Notes: generated by a model not told the origin, from the letters alone. A stretch of 64,000 bases of DNA from Candidatus Thorarchaeota archaeon (GCA_003345595.1 PRDI01000049.1:26294-90293); one strand, 5' to 3'. Shown: positions 36,959-47,213, counted from the stretch's first letter. Translations and numbers: made by a program.

Positions 36959-38118
36959 TGGAACAGAGCCTCGACAAGATGCTTTCCACCCTTGTCGAAG
37001 AAATCGAGAGAGTCCAGTCAACTCGTGAGCGTTTTGGTGGGGTTCTGAAACGGATAAAGAGCAACATAGACCTTCGACGTTTTCCCGCAGTGACAACGAA
37101 TACCGTAGACACTAGCTTTGTAACACGAATACAGCCAACGACCCTATCAGGTCTCAGGATAGTAGGCATCGATGGAGGACTAGTTCGGAGAAGCTTCAGA
37201 TCGATGGACTTGGTCCTCACACGTGGTATTGCAGTTGTGTTTCAGTTCGGCCCGAAGGAGGGGCCCTCTGTAGACTTCTTTCCGAGTCCATTTCCAAGTC
37301 CTACAGTGAAACCAATCATGCTCACGCTTTCCGGACCGGAACTGGATCAGTTTGCGTCGTTAGAGAGAATGGCTACCGAACTGAGAGTGACATTGTCAGT
37401 ACTCGATGAGTTCCACGCGGATCTGATTCTTGTTGATGGCAGCCTGTTCTACCACCCGCGCGATCGTCCACCCAGCGGGTCTGCCACGAATGACAAGTTT
37501 CAGGAAGTCTTAGCACTCTACAGGCAGATGTATCGCAAGGTCAACGAGAAAGGAACAACTCTGGTTGGCATTGTCAAGGACAGTCGTTCAACCCGCGTTG
37601 CCACTATATTGGGCGACATCTTACCACATCTCATGAGAGATCCATCAGTCTTCGAAATGATGCAGGGTGTCGACTATCGGTGGTTGCTCAAAATCTCAAG
37701 AGACTGTGACATCTTGGACACCTTCTTGGAGGAGGGCGAGAGGACTTTCGCATTCAAGTACTCCTCGGAACTGCAGCAGAATCTCAACTCTTTTCCTGAG
37801 GATCTATCACCGTGGGCCTCAAGGATTTGGGTGACATATCTTAAGACCGCACGAGAGGATCTGCCACTGAGGATTGAGGTTCTGGCAAGAGGAGATGACG
37901 ACGATGTCAAGTCCCTTGACAAGGCACTATCTGCCATAATGCCACTATCATCGCAACATGATGAATATGGTATTCCGACACCAATAGTAGAGGCAGATGC
38001 CCGGGCGAGGATCAGCAACAATGAATCACAGCTCATTGTAGATCGATTGATGGCGCTCTCTGGTCTGACCTACACAGCACTCGAAAAGAGGCGGTCTAGG
38101 AATCCCTTTGGAGGCTGA
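36958..38118 (+). CDS. nurA: NurA 5'-3' nuclease
   Basis: RNase-H-like IVGIDGG motif. GTG start overlapping the pyrG stop. Immediately precedes herA. Confidence 0.65.
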   Translation: MEQSLDKMLSTLVEEIERVQSTRERFGGVLKRIKSNIDLRRFPAVTTNTVDTSFVTRIQPTTLSGLRIVGIDGGLVRRSFRSMDLVLTRGIAVVFQFGPKEGPSVDFFPSPFPSPTVKPIMLTLSGPELDQFASLERMATELRVTLSVLDEFHADLILVDGSLFYHPRDRPPSGSATNDKFQEVLALYRQMYRKVNEKGTTLVGIVKDSRSTRVATILGDILPHLMRDPSVFEMMQGVDYRWLLKISRDCDILDTFLEEGERTFAFKYSSELQQNLNSFPEDLSPWASRIWVTYLKTAREDLPLRIEVLARGDDDDVKSLDKALSAIMPLSSQHDEYGIPTPIVEADARARISNNESQLIVDRLMALSGLTYTALEKRRSRNPFGG

Positions 38119-38124
38119 GATCTG

Positions 38125-39636
38125 ATGGTATACCCTGAAGACGCCCGACTTGGCACGGTCGTCTGTACAGAGTCCACACCGAATGTGCTTGAGTTTGCAT
38201 TCGTGGTTGAGGGGGCTGCAGATGAGATCACAGTGCGACGTGGTGAGTTCGTGTCAGTGATGACAGAGAGTGTCACGGTTATAGCAAGGGTTCAGGATCT
38301 TGTTCGGACTAATCGGTACTATGAGCATGCAGAGGCGGTGAGAGAGTATCAGTCAAGGGGGGAGCCACTTCGATCGATTCTTCCCACCGATCGCTGGCAG
38401 TATACTATCGCAAATGCGCGCGTATTAGGCTTCTGGGATAAGGGCAGGGTTGTACGTCCCTACTTCTCAGTCCCACCGGGAGCCCCAGTGAGAAGGACCG
38501 AAGAACAGGTCCTTGCTCGGTTCTTGAAGCTGGAAACTGAGAACGGACTCAGACTGGGCAGATTGTCCCATCATGAGCTTGAGTTCACACCATCAATCGA
38601 TCGTTTACTCTCGAAGCACTTAGCTATCCTTGCGATGAGCGGTGCCGGGAAGTCTTACTTCGTATCAGTTCTACTGGAGGAAATTCTTTCGCGCACCAAA
38701 GAACAGGGAAGACTTGCTGTGGTAGTCTTGGACGTACATGGCGAGTATACGTACCTGAAAGACGCTACCGCTGGCCAATTGGGCGTCTCCGATGGTGAGA
38801 TTGAGATCGAGCACATCCGTGGTTCACACTTTCAGATACCAGTACCATCGCTGTCTGCTGAAGGATTGAGTACCTTTGTTTCTGACATGAGTGGGATTCA
38901 GATACGTGACCTACGGCGAGTAATATCGGAAGCACGGAAGAGGTCAAAGGAGCGCTACACACTCAGTGACCTTGCGGAGCTGGTTCGGGGCGATGACAGT
39001 ATCAACAAGAACACCAAAGAAGCCATTGTCAGTTGGCTCATCAACCTAGATGAAACTGGTCTGTTTGGCATAGAAGCTGTACCCGATTTGAGCAGCATCA
39101 TGAGTCCCGGAAAGCTGACTCTAATCGACCTTAGTGACTTCATCAGTCTCAAGAAGAAGCAGATTGTCACATCCTACCTTGCAAGTGAGCTTCTCTTTCT
39201 TAGAAGGCAACAGAGAATACCCCCATTCCTCCTAGTCATAGAAGAGGCACATCAGTTTTGTCCCGAGGGTCGTCATGAACTGGCGATTCCAAGGGAGCAA
39301 ATCGAGACGATTGCTCGAGAAGGACGTAAGTTCTTTGCCCTACTGTGTCTAGTTTCTCAACGGCCTGTAAAGCTGTCAACGACGGTGCTAAGCCAGTGTA
39401 GCAATCAGGCTGTCTTCAGGTGTACGAACCCGTACGATCTTGAACACATCGGAAAGAGCAGTGAGGGAATTGACCGGTCTTCACTAGACTCCATAACCAC
39501 ACTCGAAGTCGGAGAAGCCCTTTTTGTCGGAGAAGTGGTCACTGTACCAACCTTTGTCAGAATTCGTCGCAGGAAGATTGAGCCTACCGGAGTCATTGGA
39601 AGTCTTTCTGAAGCCATCAGGAGGACAGACAAGTAG
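38125..39636 (+). CDS. herA: HerA bipolar DNA helicase
   Basis: Walker A ILAMSGAGKSYFV, VLDVHGEY, Walker B LLVIEEAHQF, CLVSQRP. Confidence 0.85.
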   Translation: MVYPEDARLGTVVCTESTPNVLEFAFVVEGAADEITVRRGEFVSVMTESVTVIARVQDLVRTNRYYEHAEAVREYQSRGEPLRSILPTDRWQYTIANARVLGFWDKGRVVRPYFSVPPGAPVRRTEEQVLARFLKLETENGLRLGRLSHHELEFTPSIDRLLSKHLAILAMSGAGKSYFVSVLLEEILSRTKEQGRLAVVVLDVHGEYTYLKDATAGQLGVSDGEIEIEHIRGSHFQIPVPSLSAEGLSTFVSDMSGIQIRDLRRVISEARKRSKERYTLSDLAELVRGDDSINKNTKEAIVSWLINLDETGLFGIEAVPDLSSIMSPGKLTLIDLSDFISLKKKQIVTSYLASELLFLRRQQRIPPFLLVIEEAHQFCPEGRHELAIPREQIETIAREGRKFFALLCLVSQRPVKLSTTVLSQCSNQAVFRCTNPYDLEHIGKSSEGIDRSSLDSITTLEVGEALFVGEVVTVPTFVRIRRRKIEPTGVIGSLSEAIRRTDK

Positions 39637-39709
39637 TCGCTCGTCAAGCATCTCATAACAACTCTGATAAACGTAAACCGCGCCTTGCAGTCAGAAGAAC
39701 ACTCGGGGC

Positions 39710-40381
39710 ATGAGCCAGATGTCTGACAAGAACACGGATGAGATAAAACTGCTAATCGACCATATGCAATCCGGCCTTGTCGAGCTATTCGACCAGCTAC
39801 GTGAGCTGCGGCGTAGACTAGGCCTAGCCGCCAATGAAACGACAGCGGATTCACAGACATCAATCGTACGACTCTTTTCAGAAATCGTTTCTCCATCATC
39901 CAGTGCAGGTCGTACTGTAGCGGGGTCTCAAGTGCCATCGAGTGATTCAGTCGAGGCCAGACCCGCACCAGTTGAAACTACTGGTCGACTGACGTTACCG
40001 AGCATCAAAACCGAAGCAGCAACAGGCGAACCCGAAACAGCGGCAAAGCCTGCCGGGACAGGTCAAGGGACTGCACCGGGAGGTTCCGAACCGAAACCCG
40101 GCGGTCGTTCTTCCGAGATCAGTACGACAGTGGCCAGAGTCCTAGATCCCATCGCACATGAGGTGCGCAAAGGAGAGGCCTCAGCTCAGGTTATTGCTGA
40201 GTATCTGCAAGCAGCGAAGGACTATCTGATAACGAAAGAGAAACCAAATGAAAAAGTTGCAACTGACATGGGGGTCGTTGACAAGTTTCTAAGAGCCAGG
40301 GGTGAGAAAGGAATTCGTCCTGAGGAGAGAGATAACATCCTGAGGAGAATTCGTCGCTGGAGCATAATGCTCAGCCGCTGA
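39710..40381 (+). CDS. hypothetical protein with a Pro/Ala/Gly/Thr-rich low-complexity centre
   Basis: ORF only. No motifs. Confidence 0.3.
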   Translation: MSQMSDKNTDEIKLLIDHMQSGLVELFDQLRELRRRLGLAANETTADSQTSIVRLFSEIVSPSSSAGRTVAGSQVPSSDSVEARPAPVETTGRLTLPSIKTEAATGEPETAAKPAGTGQGTAPGGSEPKPGGRSSEISTTVARVLDPIAHEVRKGEASAQVIAEYLQAAKDYLITKEKPNEKVATDMGVVDKFLRARGEKGIRPEERDNILRRIRRWSIMLSR

Positions 40382-40495
40382 GAGAGTCGCATGTGTTCAT
40401 CATTGGGACGGTCGCGTCCCACACGCTGTTTCTATCCTATGCTGACGCGTGAGCAGTCTCTGCCCAGCCTCATCTCTGCAGGCCGTCATCTGCAT

Positions 40496-40960
40496 CTATT
40501 CTAGGTCGATGACGATGCGTTTCACCTTGGTCCTCGAGATCTTCTTGAGTCCATGCTGCCCCGGTTCGTAGCGGCATTCCAACAAACCAGCTTCGGACAG
40601 TATCTTGATTTGGGCACTTGCATTGGCCTCAGTTCCTCCGAGGTGTCTAGCTACCCTAGTTACGTCCTTTTCTCCATCAGAAAGGAGTCTTAGTATCTTC
40701 AGGCGAGTCGCTGATGAGAGGGCACGTCCTACATGCAGGACTGCATCTTCGTCGTTTACTTGTAGTGTTTCTGACAGTTGACACACCTCGCACGGGTTTG
40801 GATGTTGCCCAAAGACAGCTTTATTATACTTGCCGTTTGTGGCCGTTCTTAACACAGCCGACAACATGCCGATATCAATCCTTATAGCCGAACTTGCTGT
40901 TTCATTCGCGAGTACTGAGCCTATGGGCGATGACGGCGTGTTCATCATGGGTTTTGACAT
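40496..40960 (-). CDS. ArsR/SmtB-family winged-helix transcriptional regulator; true start may be an internal Met
   Basis: RLKILRLLSDGEKDVTRVARHLGGTEANASAQIKILSEAGLL. Confidence 0.6.
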   Translation of the reverse strand: MSKPMMNTPSSPIGSVLANETASSAIRIDIGMLSAVLRTATNGKYNKAVFGQHPNPCEVCQLSETLQVNDEDAVLHVGRALSSATRLKILRLLSDGEKDVTRVARHLGGTEANASAQIKILSEAGLLECRYEPGQHGLKKISRTKVKRIVIDLE

Positions 40961-42941
40961 TCTACCGTTTCAAAGCCCACGCTCAAAGACGAATCCGCAC
41001 TTTTCATGTATAATGATGCACGATGGAGCAGTCCTGAACGAGTATCCGGACCTGTCAAAACGAAACCTGCTGAATCTAGTGAGAGAGATCCGCCCCAGCT
41101 ACTTGGCTACGGATAACATCTTTGAGATGGCACCAGACAGCAGATCACTGTTCGAACTGTCGAGCAAGATACCACCTGAAACAAAGCTTGTCCAGGTCAC
41201 GGGGACGCCACCCAACCAGATACCACTTAGGATCCTTGCACGGCGATACGGGGTTCAGTCCAAGGGAAAGCTCACCCCTCTGGAATCGGCAAGGGTTGCG
41301 GCATACTTGGCCTCCATCGGGGTCGGGCACAGTCTCGAATGCTTCGGCGAACAGACTGAGATCAAAGTCACAAGAGGACGAAAGATGGGACGAGGGGGGC
41401 AAAGCGTCAACCGATATCGTAGAAAGCTGCACTCAGAGATTCAGCAAGCGACCCGTTTCATAGAATCCCAGCTTAAGGCAGCTGGAATCGAATATGACAT
41501 TGATGTGCGGGCGTCGGACTTCGGATATGCAAGTTCGCGTCTTGTCGCCTACGCTCCTTTACCTGCAATCCGGGGTCTTGTGGAGTCCAAGAGGGGCGGC
41601 GATTTCAACGTACTTGTTACCCCTGTTCGGAAGCGGGCCGAGTTCCTGCCACTGGAACCTAAGCCGGTACGCTCCGAATTCACACCGCAGTACTTCATCT
41701 TGGGAATAGACCCTGGCACGACAGCAGCGCTGTGTCTTGTGTCGTTGGACGGAACAGTCGTCTTCCTGACGAGCAAGAAAGGTCTGGCTCGGGCAGACAT
41801 GATCAGGATCGTGTACGAGCATGGTGTTCCTGTTCTGGTGGCTACGGACGTCACTCCAGTTCCGCACCTTGTCAAGAAGATAGCAAGTACAGTCAATGTG
41901 GAAGTCTTTACTCCAAGCAGGCCCATTGCCGTGGCGGACAAACAGGAGCTAGCTCGACAGTTTTCTCAAGAAGCACAGATTGGGAATGCTCATGAGCGAG
42001 ATGCGTTGACTGCCGCAGTCTATGCGTACAGGAGCATTCTTCCGAAGCTTGAGGAGATTGACTCCAAGCTCCGCGAGGAACAGATTGCAGTCGATAGAAA
42101 CCACCTGAAGGCGCTAGTCGTCAAGGGTATGAGTGTCAATCAGGCACTAGTGAGTCTTGCTCGAGAGAAGCCCGAAGTCGTTGAAATAACTTCTGAGCTG
42201 CAAGTCCCTCAAGAGGAACTGACACAGGCTCGTTTCAGTACGCTCAAAGAGAGGAATGAGGCTCTAGAGAGCGAGAGTCGTACGCTTCTTGAACGCAATG
42301 AGGACCTCGAGCGTCTTGTGGAGTTTATGAGGTTCAGAGAAAGCGAGCTTGAGCATAGCTTGGACATAGTGAGTCGCGAAAATTACTGGCATGTGAAGCG
42401 CGACCGGGAGGTCGTGAAGAGGGAGTCTGAGCTAGGATGCACGCGGCGCGAAGTGGATTTGCTCCGAAAGCAGGTACAGGATCTGACCAAGCGTCTTGAG
42501 TTACTGAGAGGGGTAAGGCGTCTGGAGCTGAGGGGCGACACGCTGGCTGTGAAAATCATTCCTCATTTTACGAGAGAATCAATAGCTGAGTGTTTCCAGA
42601 GGGTGAGTATTAAGCCCGGCGACATTGTGCTGTTCGAGGACGCCAGTGGAGGCGGCCCCCAGACTGCGCGCATGCTGATTGATCGGGAGGTGAGAGCTGT
42701 AATTGTTGACACACCGTTGTCACATCTCTCAGAGGAGGCGCTGACGAAGGCAGCAGTACCTGTCATCGATGCAGAGCTGGTCGAGCTCCAGAGAGTCGAT
42801 GAGTTCGCATTCATAAGCCGGAAAAAGCTCGATAATCAGATGCAGGCCTTCATGAAGGAGGTTCGAGAGAAGGCCCGAAAAGAGGGCGAGGATCAACTTG
42901 TAGGAATAGTTGAGCGCTACAAGAGAGAGGTTGAACGATAA
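40923..42941 (+). CDS. COG2433/DUF460-like archaeal protein: predicted RuvC/YqgF-like RNase-H-fold nuclease domain plus a long coiled coil
   Basis: ILGIDPGTTAALCLVSLDG...VLVATDV is a RuvC/YqgF-like motif. The C-terminal half is heptad-rich (LKERNEALESESRTLLERNEDLERL...). Start is uncertain because the ORF 5' end overlaps the divergent ArsR gene. Confidence 0.5.
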   Translation: MGDDGVFIMGFDILPFQSPRSKTNPHFSCIMMHDGAVLNEYPDLSKRNLLNLVREIRPSYLATDNIFEMAPDSRSLFELSSKIPPETKLVQVTGTPPNQIPLRILARRYGVQSKGKLTPLESARVAAYLASIGVGHSLECFGEQTEIKVTRGRKMGRGGQSVNRYRRKLHSEIQQATRFIESQLKAAGIEYDIDVRASDFGYASSRLVAYAPLPAIRGLVESKRGGDFNVLVTPVRKRAEFLPLEPKPVRSEFTPQYFILGIDPGTTAALCLVSLDGTVVFLTSKKGLARADMIRIVYEHGVPVLVATDVTPVPHLVKKIASTVNVEVFTPSRPIAVADKQELARQFSQEAQIGNAHERDALTAAVYAYRSILPKLEEIDSKLREEQIAVDRNHLKALVVKGMSVNQALVSLAREKPEVVEITSELQVPQEELTQARFSTLKERNEALESESRTLLERNEDLERLVEFMRFRESELEHSLDIVSRENYWHVKRDREVVKRESELGCTRREVDLLRKQVQDLTKRLELLRGVRRLELRGDTLAVKIIPHFTRESIAECFQRVSIKPGDIVLFEDASGGGPQTARMLIDREVRAVIVDTPLSHLSEEALTKAAVPVIDAELVELQRVDEFAFISRKKLDNQMQAFMKEVREKARKEGEDQLVGIVERYKREVER

Positions 42942-42980
42942 CAGATAAACGGTCCTAGCCTTCAGGTCAATATCTCATTC

Positions 42981-43196
42981 TCACTCAGGTATCTGAATCC
43001 ACAGGATATTGTTTCCTCTGATCAGGACTGAACCATACTTTGCCATAGTCTGATTGTCTTGCATCTCCTCTGCATCTGCAAGCGTGAGGTTCATGTAAAT
43101 ATCACATCTTGTGAGTCGTCCGCGGAAGATTCTGTTGTCTTTGAGTTTTATTGAAACAATGTCGTCCAACACATTCTCAAGGGCCTTGATTGGCAT
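42981..43196 (-). CDS. archaeal Sm-like protein (SmAP)
   Basis: Sm1 is NRIFRGRLTRCDIYMNLTL and Sm2 is YGSVLIRGNNILWI. Confidence 0.65.
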   Translation of the reverse strand: MPIKALENVLDDIVSIKLKDNRIFRGRLTRCDIYMNLTLADAEEMQDNQTMAKYGSVLIRGNNILWIQIPE

Positions 43197-43348
43197 CTTC
43201 TCCGCAGACACAGACGAATCCTCAAGCGGGCGGGCCCTGTGCAGATTATAAACCCTTTGTTGTACAGTGCTTTCTGACATAGTCGAATCTCATTTGATTG
43301 GGTGCTCTCGGCAACATTAAGTGGAACACCAAGTCTTCACAAGCGGAG

Positions 43349-44353
43349 ATGCGAATCTTGCCTCTGACATGTCTCGGGATAGAAGGGACCGCACATTCGT
43401 TCGGAGCAGGAGTGGTTTCGGATCAGGGCAAGGTTCTCTCGAATGTCTGGGACATGCTTTCTCCACAGGAGGGAGGCATCCATCCTCGCGAGGCAAGTAG
43501 GCATCACTCAGACAAGGGTCCAGATATTATTGCGAAGGCACTGACAGAGGCCGGGATTGGTCCTCATGACATAACTCTGATCGCGTTCTCGAGGGGCCCT
43601 GGACTCGGACCTTGTCTAAGGGCAACAGCGACAATGGCCCGATCACTGGCATTGAAGCTAGAAGTCCCTCTCGTGGGGGTGAATCACTGTGTGGCGCACA
43701 TCGAGATTGGATGCCTAGAGTCGGGGTTCAAGGACCCCGTCACAGTCTATGTTTCAGGCGGCAACACCCAAGTCATTGCTTTTGCGGGTAATCGGTTTCG
43801 GACTTTCGGAGAAACCCTTGACATCGCCATTGGCAACATGTTGGATGTGTTCGGACGTACAATGGGAATGCGTTTCCCTGCTGGACCTGCAATAGAGCAG
43901 GAGGCCATGAAGGGGCACAGATACTATAGTCTACCTTACTCAGTGAAGGGTATGGACGTGAGCTACTCGGGAATGCTGACAGCAGCTAGGCGTCTCCAAA
44001 CAGAGCACATACCCTTGCCCGATCTGTGTTTCAGCATACAGGAAACGGCCTTCGGTATGCTTGCAGAAGTTGCAGAGCGTGCTATTGCACACACAAAGAA
44101 AGGCGAAGTCCTGCTTACTGGTGGTGTGGCACGGAATAGGCGTCTTGGAGAGATTCTGGCAGGCGTGGCTGCTAGGCACAACGCGCGCTTTCACACAGTT
44201 ACACCACCTCTTGCCGGTGATCAGGGTGCAATGATTGCTTGGACAGGTATTCTGCAGTACACTGCAGGAGACAGGCTTTCGGTCGCCGAGTCTTATGTGC
44301 TACCCAAGTGGCGTACTGACGAACAGGATATTACTTGGAGGAACCTGTCTTGA
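43349..44353 (+). CDS. kae1: Kae1 (tRNA t6A37 threonylcarbamoyltransferase; KEOPS catalytic subunit)
   Basis: CLGIEGTAHSFG, VNHCVAHIEIG, GGVARNRRL. Confidence 0.9.
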   Translation: MRILPLTCLGIEGTAHSFGAGVVSDQGKVLSNVWDMLSPQEGGIHPREASRHHSDKGPDIIAKALTEAGIGPHDITLIAFSRGPGLGPCLRATATMARSLALKLEVPLVGVNHCVAHIEIGCLESGFKDPVTVYVSGGNTQVIAFAGNRFRTFGETLDIAIGNMLDVFGRTMGMRFPAGPAIEQEAMKGHRYYSLPYSVKGMDVSYSGMLTAARRLQTEHIPLPDLCFSIQETAFGMLAEVAERAIAHTKKGEVLLTGGVARNRRLGEILAGVAARHNARFHTVTPPLAGDQGAMIAWTGILQYTAGDRLSVAESYVLPKWRTDEQDITWRNLS

Positions 44354-44979
44354 GGCTAGAGAAATGGGCCATGGGTGCGGAATCAACCATTTTCAAGACA
44401 GAGCAATGGGGATATCCAATAGTATTGAAATGGCGTCCTCAGAAACCCTATCTTCTCAAGGACATCGACGAACTGTTGAAGAAGACAAGGACCAACAGAG
44501 AGTGTAAGATGCTGACCCACGCTCGCGCACTTGGGGTATCGACCCCGACTGTGCACTGGACGGACCTCGAGAACTATACAATAGCCATGGACTTCATCGA
44601 GGGAAGACAACTGAAGCAGTTGGCAAGTACTCTGCCAGAATCAAGGCTTCGTGAAATCTGCTTCGAATTCGGGCAATCAGTTGCACGCATGCATCGAGGC
44701 AATGTTGTACATGGCGACCCCACGACGAGCAATGTCCTCATCGACACCAAATCGCGTCTCTGGATGGTGGACTTTGGGCTGGCGGAATGGAATGCGACGA
44801 CTGAAATGAAGGGGGTAGACCTACACCTCATTCGACGAGCACTTGAAACAACCCACTGGGACCAACAGGAGGTCATGCTGACTGCCACGCTTGAAGGCTA
44901 TGTGAATCTCCTTGGCAGTGAGGCCGAACCTGCTCTCTCAAGAATGGATGTGATTCGTGAACGAGGGAGATACCACTAG
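44335..44979 (+). CDS. bud32: Bud32/PRPK atypical kinase (KEOPS)
   Basis: VHGDPTTSNVLID and DFGLAE. A separate gene overlapping the kae1 stop. Confidence 0.85.
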   Translation: MEEPVLRLEKWAMGAESTIFKTEQWGYPIVLKWRPQKPYLLKDIDELLKKTRTNRECKMLTHARALGVSTPTVHWTDLENYTIAMDFIEGRQLKQLASTLPESRLREICFEFGQSVARMHRGNVVHGDPTTSNVLIDTKSRLWMVDFGLAEWNATTEMKGVDLHLIRRALETTHWDQQEVMLTATLEGYVNLLGSEAEPALSRMDVIRERGRYH

Positions 44980-45127
44980 TGTGCCCGGCACCAACGAGCC
45001 GATCAATCAAGCCCCAATCGGCCAATTGAAGGCGATTGCTCTAGACGCACGACAACGTTTATATCCGATGCCAAGCCGCGGTCGTGAGAACCCGGTCTTT
45101 CGACGATATGACTGAGAGGTTACTCCA

Positions 45128-45583
45128 ATGGCGAGGATGCATACCAGACGCAAGGGCCAGGCCGGCAGCACACGGCCATCGACAATGCAGCCACCCCAGT
45201 GGCTAGACAAAGATGCACAGTGGATCGAGAAGAAGATAATAGAGCTGGCCAAGGCTGGTAACACTCCCTCAATGATTGGTATGATTCTTCGCGATCAATA
45301 CGGTGTGCCATTGGCTCGGGTCGTGACAGGCAAGAGGATACTATCAACCCTGAGAGAGAACGACCTTGAAAGAAGGGTTCCCGAAGACTTGCGCAACATG
45401 ATTGCAAAGGCCACTGCTATTCGCAAGCACCTTGAGGAACACAAGAAAGACTTGGTGTCAAAGCGGGGACTTCAGCTCGTAGAGAGCAAGATTCACAGAC
45501 TGTCAGGATACTACAGGCAGCAGAGGGTCTTACCTGCTGACTGGAAATACACTCCTGAGAGCGCAGCAGTTCTCTTGAGATAG
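45128..45583 (+). CDS. rps15: ribosomal protein uS15 (S15P/S13e)
   Basis: MARMHTRRKG...PSMIGMILRDQYGVP... Confidence 0.9.
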   Translation: MARMHTRRKGQAGSTRPSTMQPPQWLDKDAQWIEKKIIELAKAGNTPSMIGMILRDQYGVPLARVVTGKRILSTLRENDLERRVPEDLRNMIAKATAIRKHLEEHKKDLVSKRGLQLVESKIHRLSGYYRQQRVLPADWKYTPESAAVLLR

Positions 45584-45617
45584 TTTTATCAAAACGGGGC
45601 CTGCCACTCATATCGGG

Positions 45618-46961
45618 ATGAGTGACAGGGACTTGAGTACCCCTGAGCTGGATAAGCTGCGTGATAAGTGCCGAGATGCTGCTCTAGACAAAGGCTCACA
45701 TGTGCTCATACTGAGCTCGCCAGCTCCGGAATCTACGCTGCCGAGTGCACTCCTCGGTCGTTCAATCATGAAGTCTGGCGGGATATTCCACATCACGTTC
45801 ACAGAACCAGTCTTGAACATTGAAGCACTCGGAGCTGTCATCAAGGCACACTCAAGACGCGTGCCCATCGTGATTGGAATCGACATTGTAGGGAACCAAG
45901 TCACTGAACTAGGCGAGAACACCCCAATTCTGTTGGGCGGTAGTCTTGACCAGCGCTGCTCATCGTATCCACACCTAGGACTTGGAAAGGGGGTTTCCAT
46001 CGCTGCATACGCCCTTGCACAGGAGAAACTGGATGTCGGCCCCGAGGAGCTGTTTCTTGCAGCAGCAGGATCTCTACTTGAGAACAGCTCCATTAATGAA
46101 GCAGATAGGCAGTCGAGGAGCTTAGTCAAGCTGGCGTTAGAAAGCGGGGTTCTAGAGGAGGAGAGAGGGTTCAGAATCTTTGGGGTGAGTTTCCTTCCAC
46201 TCACGGAAACCTTGTCCAACAGCATAAGCCCATACCTGCCCGGTGTGAGCGGAGTGCCAGAGTCTTGCGAGGCCCTCCTTGATGATGCAGACATTGCTCC
46301 TCAGAAACGCGACGCTCCAATAGCGCTCTTGGCGAGTGAAGAGAAGAAGCGGCTGACTGAGAGGCTTGTCCCAAAGTTAGGCAAGTCTGTGATACGTAGA
46401 CTACTTGGCCTTGACTTCGAAACAGGCCTGGAACCTGTAGATGGTCCGTTGCGCAGAGTTTCTGGTGTTCAGGCATTGGCTGAGGCTGCATGGTGCAGAC
46501 AAGACCTAGGTACTGCACAGGCATTATGGATTGGTGATCGCGCAAGGATGTTACGGTCGGCACTTGATTCATACAGAGTCCACTGCAGAGGAGTGATTTC
46601 AGGCGTTCAGCACCTCGTGCTGGCTCAGAAGAATCGCGAAGTCGAAAACGTTTCCAGCCATTTACTGGCCGTTCCTCTCATTGAGGCAAGGAGTGAAACC
46701 CTTTCGGATGTGGGGCGCATTGCGTTCGAGAGCGGCTATGTTGACCAAGACGTCCTTCTTGTGCTGTACAAGGATGACTGTGCGGGAGTCATCTGGTACT
46801 TCGACAGCATGAGCCTTTCCAAAGTCATCTTGGCACTGACCAGCGCAGGTCTGGCTGTAACATCTACCTCAGCAAGGTCGGTGCTGGTCAGCCTATCCTC
46901 GAAGGAGGACCGAATAGCCCTGTTCGGCATGCTAGACAAACTGGTCAAAGCAGGTGATTGA
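45618..46961 (+). CDS. RecJ/Cdc45-like DHH-family protein with degenerate catalytic motifs (inactivated RecJ-like)
   Basis: Size and spacing match DHH/DHHA1, but motif residues are replaced: HVLILSSPAPES, IGIDIVGNQ, LLGGSLDQ. Located next to rps15, a conserved archaeal recJ/cdc45 neighbourhood. Confidence 0.4.
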   Translation: MSDRDLSTPELDKLRDKCRDAALDKGSHVLILSSPAPESTLPSALLGRSIMKSGGIFHITFTEPVLNIEALGAVIKAHSRRVPIVIGIDIVGNQVTELGENTPILLGGSLDQRCSSYPHLGLGKGVSIAAYALAQEKLDVGPEELFLAAAGSLLENSSINEADRQSRSLVKLALESGVLEEERGFRIFGVSFLPLTETLSNSISPYLPGVSGVPESCEALLDDADIAPQKRDAPIALLASEEKKRLTERLVPKLGKSVIRRLLGLDFETGLEPVDGPLRRVSGVQALAEAAWCRQDLGTAQALWIGDRARMLRSALDSYRVHCRGVISGVQHLVLAQKNREVENVSSHLLAVPLIEARSETLSDVGRIAFESGYVDQDVLLVLYKDDCAGVIWYFDSMSLSKVILALTSAGLAVTSTSARSVLVSLSSKEDRIALFGMLDKLVKAGD

Positions 46962-47206
46962 TGTTGATGGCTGCGACAATCGAGATTGAGGTTTCGCCTG
47001 CCGGCGAAGCAGAACGGGTGATGGATGCAATATCACCTGACAACATGCCCTTGCCGAAGGGTCTCAGAATCACTTCTCAGGTCAAGGATGGACGGCTTTA
47101 TGTCAGTATTGAGTGTGACCGTGGTTTGGACTCTCTGAGGGCCACCATTGAAGATGTCATGAGTGCCATAGATCTCTCAATCAGGACAATGAACTCGACA
47201 GAGTAG
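46958..47206 (+). CDS. pcc1: Pcc1-like KEOPS subunit
   Basis: 82 aa; the RGLDSLRATIEDVMSAIDLSIR helix resembles the Pcc1 signature. Confidence 0.45.
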   Translation: MMLMAATIEIEVSPAGEAERVMDAISPDNMPLPKGLRITSQVKDGRLYVSIECDRGLDSLRATIEDVMSAIDLSIRTMNSTE

Positions 47207-47213
47207 CTCCGTG

